A stretch of DNA of 64,000 nucleotides from Roseimaritima sp. GTDB taxonomy: Bacteria; Planctomycetota; Planctomycetia; Pirellulales; Pirellulaceae. The stretch is taken from contig JBLWXR010000002.1 in the NCBI GenBank assembly GCA_048267365.1, forward strand, positions 44,240-108,239, read 5' to 3'. The notes beneath the pieces are model-generated. The model did not search any database, was not told the DNA's origin, and was given only the letters and a program-made list of their open reading frames with translations. Numbering within the stretch: position 1 is the stretch's first letter; each line of letters opens with the position of its first letter. The position numbers and the translations under genes are program-made. Shown here piece after piece: positions 10,198 through 17,938 of this stretch.

Positions 10198-10284
10198 GGC
10201 CCCAGGATAACGCCCCGCGTCGACTCTTTGCAGCCGTCTGTTGAGTTGCGTTAATTTCTGCCCAGAGTCGCGCAGCGACGGCAT

Positions 10285-10472
10285 CAGCCGCGTAGCGGCG
10301 GCAGCGTAAAGCCTGGGGCGCGAGCCCCAGGTCGGGGTGTGCAATGACACGAAAGCTGCGGAGCAGCGACAGCAAGACCGTTTTCGCTGTCGCTGCTCCT
10401 CAGCTTTTAATGTCTTATCGCCCAATTCCTGGGGCTCGCACCCCAGGCTACATGCGACCGCTGCTCCGCAGC
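10285..10472. repeat. Repeat family B, composite 188-bp element (unit - central hairpin - inverted unit)
   Basis: The forward unit is at 10285-10331. The central hairpin has a 22-bp stem, aaagctgcggagcagcgacagc (10352-10373) paired with gctgtcgctgctcctcagcttt (10386-10407). The inverted unit is at 10428-10472. The architecture matches 16695-16884. Confidence 0.85.
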
Positions 10473-10563
10473 TAAGCGGAATGAAGCGACGTATTGCAAT
10501 GACCGTGTTAATGCCATGTTTTGACAACCCGGCGTTGGAGGAAGGGCCACAACGCTTCCGCGC

Positions 10564-11103
10564 TCAGCCGAATGCATAATCCGCCGCAATCCGCAGCTGG
10601 CAGGTGTCGCAGATTTCCAACGACAGCTCGTTCTCGAACTTGATCGGCTGGTAGCGAGCGTCGGCGTTCAGCCGGTGGGCGAGCAACGTATTGGCCTCGG
10701 GATCGAGGATTAAGTAGTAGGGAACGCGTTGTTCTGCGTACAAATCCAACTTCACGCTCAGGTCACGTTGCCGGGTCGACGGCGAAAGCACTTCGGCCAC
10801 AACGGCGGGCGGGGTTTCGACATGCCGCTGGGGCACCGGTCCGCACAGCACCTGAACATCCGGCCGAACCACGGTATCGGCGGCCACAATCCAATCCATT
10901 TCCGCCAACACCACGGCCTGATACGCCACCGCATCGATGCTGTTTTGTAATGCCACGGCCAATTTGGTTGAAACTTGTTGGTGCCTGCCAAACGGGCTGG
11001 GCGTCATCGCCACGGCAATGCCCTGCCATAGCTCCCAATCACCCTGCCACTGCTGATAGTCAGCAACGGTGTACTTTGGAAGATAGCGGTTTGCGGAACT
11101 CAT
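10564..11103 (-). CDS. Uma2 family (DUF820) PD-(D/E)xK-like endonuclease
   Basis: 179 aa: YTVADYQQW..., VVRPDVQVL and PPAVVAEVLSPSTRQRDLSVKLDLYAEQRVPYYLILDP, typical of Uma2/DUF820. Confidence 0.75.
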   Translation of the reverse strand: MSSANRYLPKYTVADYQQWQGDWELWQGIAVAMTPSPFGRHQQVSTKLAVALQNSIDAVAYQAVVLAEMDWIVAADTVVRPDVQVLCGPVPQRHVETPPAVVAEVLSPSTRQRDLSVKLDLYAEQRVPYYLILDPEANTLLAHRLNADARYQPIKFENELSLEICDTCQLRIAADYAFG

Positions 11104-11253
11104 TTTTATCTGTTGGGAATTGCGACTGGGTGTGGGTTGGGGGACACGGGCCAGGGGCCCATGCTACTTTGATTGTACCCGCCGGGGCGGCCGAGACGCG
11201 ATTCGCCAGCCCCCCGGACAGCGTCACGGCCAGTTACAATGGCTCGTCCCCGA

Positions 11254-11301
11254 GAATCTCAAATCTCAAATCTCAAATTTCAAATCTGAGATCTGAGATC
11301 T
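11254..11301. repeat. octamer microsatellite with hairpin potential (atctcaaa x3 followed by atctgaga x2)
   Basis: gagaatctcaaatctcaaatctcaaatttcaaatctgagatctgagatct lies about 30 bp upstream of the ATG at 11330. The two halves are imperfectly complementary. Confidence 0.8.
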
Positions 11302-11329
11302 ACCTGCCCTCCGAACCGCCGAGTCCGCG

Positions 11330-13513
11330 ATGAATGCTCTCCCTCCCATCCGTTCATGGTTACCCCATCTGTCGTTGGCGATTGCCGCCGCAGTCGTGTT
11401 CAGCGGTCAAGCGTTCGGGCAAGACGCCGCCGCGGGCCGCAGCAGCAAAGCCTTTGAAGCCACCCGTGTGCTGGACTCTGGCACCGTCGCGGAAGACTCG
11501 CGGTCAAAACCTCTGAAGGATCTCAACGGATACTTTCCGTTTTCGCCCCCCGAGGATCTGGCCGCTTGGGAAGCCCGCGCCGAAGCCCTCCGCGAGCGGG
11601 TGCTGGTCGCCACGGGCCTGTGGCCGATGCCCGAGCGGACGCCGCTGAACCCGGTGATTCACGGCAAAGTCCAACGCGACGGGTTTACGGTGGAAAAGGT
11701 GTACTTCGAAAGTGTACCGGGACATTTTGTTACCGGGATGCTGTTTCGACCCGATAAAGTGGAAGGACAGGTCCCTGGGATTTTGTGCCCGCACGGTCAC
11801 GGCGGACGGATGAACCCCATGGACCGTAACACGGTTCGCCGCATGATCGCCGCCGGGCAGGAACGATTCGAAGACTCGGGCAGCAACCCCAAACTGGCTC
11901 GCTGTGCGCAGCTGGCTCGGATGGGCTGTGTAGTGTTCATGTTCGACATGCTGGGCTATGCCGACAGCCAACAGATTTCTTACGACCTTGCCCATCGTTA
12001 TGGCGAGCCTCGTGACCAATACGCTGGCGGCAAAACCAGCCCCGACGGCAAATGGGGCTTTTTTACTGTGCAAGCTGAATCGCGTTTGCAAACCATCATG
12101 GGGCTGCAAACCTGGAACGCCATCCGCTCGCTGGACTTCCTGGAACAGTTGCCCGATACCGATCCGCAGCGGCTGGCCGTGACCGGCAACAGCGGCGGTG
12201 GCACCCAAACGATTCTGCTGGGGGCAATCGACGATCGGCCGATCGCTTCGTTCCCCAATGGCATGGTCAGTGTTTCCATGCAAGGCGGCTGTACCTGCGA
12301 GAATTGCTCGTTGCTGCGCATCGGCACCGGCAACGTCGAATTGGCCGCCCTGATGGCTCCCAAACCTCAAGCCATGACGGCGGCCGACGACTGGACCATC
12401 AAAATGATGACCGACGGCTACCCGCAACTACAACAGATCTACGGCCTGTACGGCAAACGCGATAACGTGCTGTGCCGCGACTTCACGCACTTCCCCCACA
12501 ACTTCAACTACGTGACTCGCGGCATGATGTATTCCTGGTTCAACAAACACATCGGCCTGGGGTTGGAAGAGCCGATCGTGGAAGAAGACTGGCCGCGTTT
12601 GACCGACGAAGAATCCGCGATCTGGACCGACAAACATCCGGCCCCGCCAGGCGGCGACGCTCATGAACAAAGCGTGACCACGTTTTTGGACGAACAAGCC
12701 AATCAACAAATCGACGCTTTGCTAAACGCAAACACTCAGTCCCTGCAGCCCTATCGTGAACTGGTCGGCACGGCTTGGAATACGATCATCGGGCGCACCG
12801 TTCCACAATCCAGCGAGATCGAGCGTCAAACCGTCGACCAGACCGAAGCCGACGGTTATCGAATCGTTAAACAAGTTGTGAAACTGAAACCCCATGACGA
12901 ATCGCTGCCCGTGGTGTCGCTAGTTCCGACCAAACAAAATCGCAGCGGAAAAACCGTGCTGTGGATCGACGGCCGAGGCAAAGCCAGTTTGATGAACGCA
13001 GCCGGTAAACTGGTCGATCGCGCGCAACAATTCATCGATGCCGGCACCGTGATCATCGCCGCCGATTTGTTTGAGCAAGGTGAGTTCACCGAAAGCGGCT
13101 TGCCCAATGAACAGCAACGAGTGGTCAAGAACCCGCGACAGTACGCGGGGTACACCTTCACTTACAACCCCAGCCTGTTCGTACAGCGGGTGCATGACGT
13201 GATGACGCTGTTGGCCCTCACCCAAACCGGTGACGAGAAGGCGGATGAAGTGATTGTCTACGGCCGCGACGGTGGCGAACCCATCGCTGCGGCGGCCCTA
13301 GCGACCTCGGGCGCGCAAGTCGCTCGCCTGGTGTTGCAAGATGCCGACTTCCGCTTCGATTCCGTGCGTTCCTATCGCGACCCGTACTTTGTTCCCGGCA
13401 GCGTCAAATACGGCGACTTGCCGGGCTTGCTGGCCCTGGCCGCACCGACGCCGATCGAACTGGAAAGCGGAACGCTGCCGGACCAAGTAAAATGGGCTCA
13501 AGCTATTAAGTAG
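11330..13513 (+). CDS. secreted alpha/beta hydrolase (acetyl-xylan-esterase / dienelactone-hydrolase-like)
   Basis: 727 aa with a signal peptide (LSLAIAAAVVFSGQAFGQ), CPHGHGG and the nucleophile elbow LAVTGNSGGGTQT. Confidence 0.65.
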   Translation: MNALPPIRSWLPHLSLAIAAAVVFSGQAFGQDAAAGRSSKAFEATRVLDSGTVAEDSRSKPLKDLNGYFPFSPPEDLAAWEARAEALRERVLVATGLWPMPERTPLNPVIHGKVQRDGFTVEKVYFESVPGHFVTGMLFRPDKVEGQVPGILCPHGHGGRMNPMDRNTVRRMIAAGQERFEDSGSNPKLARCAQLARMGCVVFMFDMLGYADSQQISYDLAHRYGEPRDQYAGGKTSPDGKWGFFTVQAESRLQTIMGLQTWNAIRSLDFLEQLPDTDPQRLAVTGNSGGGTQTILLGAIDDRPIASFPNGMVSVSMQGGCTCENCSLLRIGTGNVELAALMAPKPQAMTAADDWTIKMMTDGYPQLQQIYGLYGKRDNVLCRDFTHFPHNFNYVTRGMMYSWFNKHIGLGLEEPIVEEDWPRLTDEESAIWTDKHPAPPGGDAHEQSVTTFLDEQANQQIDALLNANTQSLQPYRELVGTAWNTIIGRTVPQSSEIERQTVDQTEADGYRIVKQVVKLKPHDESLPVVSLVPTKQNRSGKTVLWIDGRGKASLMNAAGKLVDRAQQFIDAGTVIIAADLFEQGEFTESGLPNEQQRVVKNPRQYAGYTFTYNPSLFVQRVHDVMTLLALTQTGDEKADEVIVYGRDGGEPIAAAALATSGAQVARLVLQDADFRFDSVRSYRDPYFVPGSVKYGDLPGLLALAAPTPIELESGTLPDQVKWAQAIK

Positions 13514-13536
13514 AGCTCCCACACAACGCAGGCCCC

Positions 13537-15333
13537 ATGAACTTCCCACGTCGACGGTCCATCGAACCGCTGGAGTCACGGTGCTTGCTGGCCGGCATCA
13601 CGCTGATCACGCATGGCTTTAACAGTGATGCTGACAGTTGGGTGACGGCCATGGCGGAAGAAATCGGAGCCCGCTCCGACGTCGATATCGATCAACCGCT
13701 GTACAAGCTAATGGTCACCGACCCGGGGCACGATGGCGGCCCCTTGCAAGTCACCAGCAGCCCACGCAGCGGGCCGGCCCCGACCGACACGGCCACGCAA
13801 AATCCCGAAATCACGCTGCTGCTGGATTGGTCCGACGTCGCTGGATCGCTGTTTGGATACGCCCGCAGCACCTACGACGTGGCTGCCGCGGTGGCCGAAC
13901 AATTGGTCACCCCTGGCTTTCTGGCCGACTTGCCTACGCCGCTGGCCGAACTGCCGCTCCACTTGCTCGGGCACAGCCGTGGCGGGTCGTTGGTCGGCGA
14001 ACTGGCGCACCAACTGGGACTGCGCGGCGTGTGGGTCGACCAGGTGACCAGCTGGGATCCGCATCCGGTCGACGGCATCCGCGAACCCTCGCTGTTCAAC
14101 TTGGACTACGGCGATGCTCCCATGGTCCGCTACGAAAACGTCGTGTTCTGGGACAACTACTGGCGGACCCAAGGCGACGGCTCGCTGGACTTCACCGGCG
14201 AACCGGTCGCCAACACGGCCAACGTCCAGCTCTCCGAAACCGTGTTGTCCGCTGGCGGCTACAGCAACGAACACTCCGACGTCCACCTGTGGTACCACGG
14301 CACCGTCGACCTGTCCGAAGTGCCCCCGGCCAACGATGGCGCCGAAGATGTGCCGGGCGATTGGTACGGCGGGCCGCATCCCGAACGAAATGCTTCCGGA
14401 TTTGCGTACAGCCGGATCGTGGGCGGCGTGCGTCCCCTGGCTGGAGTTTCGCAAGCGCTGGGCGGCACGGCGGAGGCGGCGGAACTGGATTGGAGCGGCG
14501 GCAACTGGCCGAATCTGTTGAACCTGCAGGTCGAGGGCGAACCAACGTTTGACGCCGGGCAGGCGATCCCGTTGAGCTACTATCACGCGGACGCCGACAG
14601 TGCTGCGACCGTCACCCTGTCATTGGATGTCGATCAAAATCCTTACAACGGCACGCCGCTGGCAGCGATCGAGGAACCGGTCACCGCCTCCACCAGCGTG
14701 CGACGGAACCAGACCCTGCTGCCGACCGCCAGCATGGCCGCCGGCGTGTACTACGTTTCCGCCCAGATCACCGACGCCGGCGGCCGCACCCGCTACGCCT
14801 ATAGCTCCACCCCGGTCACCCTGTTGGCCACGACAACCGGCGGCGATGCCTACGTCGATATCACGGACGGCCAAATGCTAGATGTAACCGCCGCCTCGAT
14901 CCTCCAGTTGCAACCGCAGACCAAACGCTTGTACGTCCACCGCGGCGCCGCCGGGCAGCTGAACACCTTTGAACCGTGGCAGACGTCGGTGCCACAATTC
15001 ATTGGCGGTCAGCTGTACCATCGCGGCGATGCGGAAGCGTCCGGTCAAACAGCGGAATTGTTTGTCTCAACCAACAACGCCTGGTCGAACCCTTTCAGCG
15101 CCGTCGACGTGGACGGTAACGGCTTGGTTGAACCGATCGACGTGCTGTATTTGATCAACGCCTTGAATCGAGCCCGCGTCACCAGCTTTGCCGTGGTGCA
15201 GCCCTTAACCGATAGCCAAGCCCCGTCACATTTTTGGGATGTGGATGACGATCACTTGATCACGCCATCGGATCCGCTGCAGGTAATCAACTGGCTGAAC
15301 TATCAGAATCGCTTGCGCCGCGGTGCGGGCTGA
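13537..15333 (+). CDS. secreted lipase-like alpha/beta hydrolase with C-terminal dockerin-type repeats
   Basis: 598 aa. N-terminal RRRSIEPLESRCLLAG motif. GxSxG region LHLLGHSRGGSLVGELA. C-terminal Ca-binding dockerin-like pair DVDGNGLVEPIDVLYLINALN and WDVDDDHLITPSDPLQVINWLN. Confidence 0.65.
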   Translation: MNFPRRRSIEPLESRCLLAGITLITHGFNSDADSWVTAMAEEIGARSDVDIDQPLYKLMVTDPGHDGGPLQVTSSPRSGPAPTDTATQNPEITLLLDWSDVAGSLFGYARSTYDVAAAVAEQLVTPGFLADLPTPLAELPLHLLGHSRGGSLVGELAHQLGLRGVWVDQVTSWDPHPVDGIREPSLFNLDYGDAPMVRYENVVFWDNYWRTQGDGSLDFTGEPVANTANVQLSETVLSAGGYSNEHSDVHLWYHGTVDLSEVPPANDGAEDVPGDWYGGPHPERNASGFAYSRIVGGVRPLAGVSQALGGTAEAAELDWSGGNWPNLLNLQVEGEPTFDAGQAIPLSYYHADADSAATVTLSLDVDQNPYNGTPLAAIEEPVTASTSVRRNQTLLPTASMAAGVYYVSAQITDAGGRTRYAYSSTPVTLLATTTGGDAYVDITDGQMLDVTAASILQLQPQTKRLYVHRGAAGQLNTFEPWQTSVPQFIGGQLYHRGDAEASGQTAELFVSTNNAWSNPFSAVDVDGNGLVEPIDVLYLINALNRARVTSFAVVQPLTDSQAPSHFWDVDDDHLITPSDPLQVINWLNYQNRLRRGAG

Positions 15334-15365
15334 GTCTGCTTGCGTTGGTGGTGCTCCGCTGAACA

Positions 15366-15962
15366 TCAATTTTGTTCGGCGATGTCTTTGAAGCTGATCA
15401 ATTGCAGCCGTCCCCAAGGGTTGTGCATCGGATGGGATTGGGCATAAGGGTCGGGGGTCATGTGCACTCGATAACACAGCCCGTTTTCATCGGCAATGAT
15501 GTGGCCATCGCGACCCCGCTGTTATCGACAAACACCCCGGCACCGCCGGCGCGGAGCACCACGCTGGCAGCCTCTATCAACTTGGCAGCCGATTCCATCG
15601 ATCCACATCGGCCGGTCAAACACAGCTGCACCTTGTAGTTTTCGACTTGGCGTTTTTCTTCAGCGTTTCTCTTCAGCGGTCGGTTCGCGGCGACACATGG
15701 AAGCAAACAAGCCGGCAAATTGGCTATCCGGATCGCGAAGTTCCATAGCAAATTGGCCGCCGTCGCCGAGGATCAGGCGATCGGGAGTGAAGCGGCAATC
15801 GTCGGGCATCGCATCGAGCATTTCCTGCGGACTTGCCCAGGTCGCAGGAATCCGAACGGTTACGGCTACGTTTGCATCAGACTTCGCATTTACCCCATTA
15901 GTTGACGTCGAAGACATAGATTTCCCATCAGTATGCCACGCCAGACGCTCCGGTGCCATCAA
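15366..15962 (-). pseudogene. frameshifted gene of unknown function, disrupted by a 13-bp tandem duplication
   Basis: Three consecutive minus-strand ORF pieces: 15660-15962, 15458-15751, and a tail to the TGA at 15366-15368. Frame a ends ...TAEEKR*. Frame b reads ...NAEEKRQVENYK... The plus strand carries gcgtttttcttca (15650-15662) followed by gcgtttctcttca (15663-15675). Removing one copy joins frames a and b exactly, which I checked codon by codon. Confidence 0.65.
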
Positions 15963-15981
15963 GGACGGATCGACTGACGCC

Positions 15982-16461
15982 CTAATTTAATTCTTCCACT
16001 TCGGTGATTTGCAGTTCGCTGTAGGCGGCGATCGCACCGGCGTCCATAACATCGACCAAGCTTTGAAGCTTTGCCCGCTGATGGCAGACGATCGCCAGAC
16101 GCATGCCTGCGGCGTTAGGATCAACGGCCTGTTTCAGCTTGGCGGTAACGGCCAGTTTCCCCGTAGTCTGGTGCTCAAAATCCTTGGCAATCACGAGGTA
16201 GCCATTGAACTCGTCAATTTCGACGGTCACTGTTACCAATTCATCCTGAGGCACATCATCCGGTTTTTTGCTCGGCAATTCGGATTGTGCGCGGGGCATT
16301 GGAATCGACTTCTGTAGACTAAAGGAGGCGGTCACCATAAAGAAAATCAACAACAGAAACGTGACATCCACCATCGGAGTCATATCCGGCTCGTGGCCTT
16401 CCTGTTGGGCTCGCGATCGCACACACAGGTCTTGGGTCGAGTTTTCGGAAGGGGCATTCAT
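15982..16461 (-). CDS. exbD: ExbD/TolR family biopolymer transport protein
   Basis: ORF 15982-16578, trimmed to ATG 16461 (MNAPSEN...). It has EPDMTPMVDVTFLLLIFFMVTASF (single TM) plus a periplasmic domain. No exbB or tonB is adjacent. Confidence 0.7.
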   Translation of the reverse strand: MNAPSENSTQDLCVRSRAQQEGHEPDMTPMVDVTFLLLIFFMVTASFSLQKSIPMPRAQSELPSKKPDDVPQDELVTVTVEIDEFNGYLVIAKDFEHQTTGKLAVTAKLKQAVDPNAAGMRLAIVCHQRAKLQSLVDVMDAGAIAAYSELQITEVEELN

Positions 16462-16694
16462 CGCGGCAAAGACCTGAAGAGGTGATGAGTGCTTCGCGTC
16501 CACGCTGCACTTAAAGTCTGTCGAGTGAATAATTCGGCTGCGTAGGAACGGGCGACAGGCCTGAGGTTTTGCGAACATTATTCCTTCGACGAAATCTTGT
16601 TCACTTGTTCCACTCGTCCGAGTATCTTTATTGACCCTCCTTATGAGACGTGCGATTTATGAACGGTGAGAATAGGGCGGGTTGTCCCGCCCTG

Positions 16695-16884
16695 CAGCCG
16701 CGTAGCGGCGGAAGCATAAAGCCTGGGGCGCGAGCCCCAGGAATCTAGCAACGTGTAGATTCAAAGCTGCGGAGCAGCGACAGCGAAACCGGCCTTGCTG
16801 TCGCCGCTACGCGGCTTTTTGCGTGTTGGGAAACCGAGTCTTGGGACTCGCGTCCCAGGCTTTATGCGTCCGCTGCTCCGCAGC
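16695..16884. repeat. Repeat family B, composite 190-bp element, second full copy
   Basis: Forward unit 16695-16741, central hairpin 16763-16818, inverted unit 16840-16884. It sits in a 595-bp gene-free gap between the FHA gene and exbD. Confidence 0.85.
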
Positions 16885-17056
16885 TAAGAATGACTGCCGC
16901 CCACCCCAAAACCTGAGAGCCCGACCCTCCCGCCAGCGGGAGAGTGAAATCCTTGGCGAACCACTCTCACCACTTATACATCGCACGTCCCTCGCGGTCA
17001 TGGGAACTCAACGTGCAGATGCGTTGACTGTCCCGGCTTGCTGTGGAACGGCTGAA

Positions 17057-17920
17057 TTAATTTGGCACTTGGCCGTCGGCGAAAAATCGGAAGCGTTGTT
17101 CACCGAGCTGGAATTCGGCGTGACGGTCTAACCATACGCTGCGGACGCGGACCCAGACTCCGTTCAGGCTGTCGTTGTCTTCGATCTGCCAGCGACCTCG
17201 CTTGTACATCAACCGCGCATGTTCAGAGTTTAAACAGCGGTCGTCGATGACGATGGAACAGCGTTTGGGATTGGCCCCCAACAGTGATCGATGGGACTTC
17301 ACCTGGTACACCTGACTGGTGTCCGCGGTGTTGACCAACCGCAACGGTTGCTGCACCGGCGGGGCTCCCACCGCGGCGCCCAAAAACACTCGCACCTCTT
17401 GATTCGCGGGCTGACCGACCGGGGCGCTGTCGGGATCCTGCAATTCGACTCGGTAACGCTGCAGTCCTAGCAGCAGTTCGCGACCGTCGGTCAATGGCGC
17501 TTTGGCCACCCGGACAAACGTGCCGTTGGTGCTGCCCACGTCGGTCAAACGCCAACGAAAGCGACCCTCGTCCAGCTTGCAATGCAACACGGCATGATTG
17601 CCGGACATTTCCAGATCCGATTCGATCGCCAGATCTCCCTGGGTGCGGCCGATCGTAAACTCGCGTTTGCGGATCCGAATGACTTCGCCTTCGCTTGCGC
17701 TATCGTCGTCCACAACGATCAATTTGGCGTTGGGAAGCCGTCGCTGGGGACGATACAGTTCGGCTTCGAGCACCGAAAAGTCGATCTGCGTGGCGTAGTG
17801 ATTTTGAGAAACCTGGAGGCCCGACTTGAGCGGGTCAAACACGGTCTGCATCATCTCGGACGACAAGCCGTCGTCGTCCTCATCGTCGTGAGCGTCGCGG
17901 TGCGGCGGGCGTGCATTCAT
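17057..17920 (-). CDS. tandem FHA-domain protein
   Basis: 287 aa. FHA1 is FTIGRTQGDLAIESDLEMSGNHAVL...TDVGSTNGTFV, with canonical GR, SxxH and NG. FHA2 is LLGANPKRCSIVIDDRCLNSEHARL...DSLNGVWV, with GR replaced by GA and a degenerate SxxH. It lies 18 bp downstream of the kinase-like gene. Confidence 0.85.
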   Translation of the reverse strand: MNARPPHRDAHDDEDDDGLSSEMMQTVFDPLKSGLQVSQNHYATQIDFSVLEAELYRPQRRLPNAKLIVVDDDSASEGEVIRIRKREFTIGRTQGDLAIESDLEMSGNHAVLHCKLDEGRFRWRLTDVGSTNGTFVRVAKAPLTDGRELLLGLQRYRVELQDPDSAPVGQPANQEVRVFLGAAVGAPPVQQPLRLVNTADTSQVYQVKSHRSLLGANPKRCSIVIDDRCLNSEHARLMYKRGRWQIEDNDSLNGVWVRVRSVWLDRHAEFQLGEQRFRFFADGQVPN

Positions 17921-17938
17921 CGCCTGCGAGGCCCCATG

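Noticed and set aside
10198-10527. N-terminal 110-codon extension of the FAH-family ORF
   Set aside because: It only translates the repeat-B element ([14 protein letters not shown]...). A good internal ATG (10197) starts the conserved FAH domain.
10564-11103. Uma2 endonuclease (and the HNH endonuclease at 45813-46430) as markers of a defence island
   Set aside because: Each is a single gene flanked by metabolic or housekeeping genes. No methylase, ATPase, toxin or other defence partner is adjacent. Both families are common stand-alone genes.
13638-14586. ORFs 13638-14552 (+, 304 aa) and 13708-14586 (-, 292 aa)
   Set aside because: They are alternative-frame or antisense shadows of the dockerin-tailed hydrolase gene. 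The translations are extremely Arg/Gly/Pro-rich.
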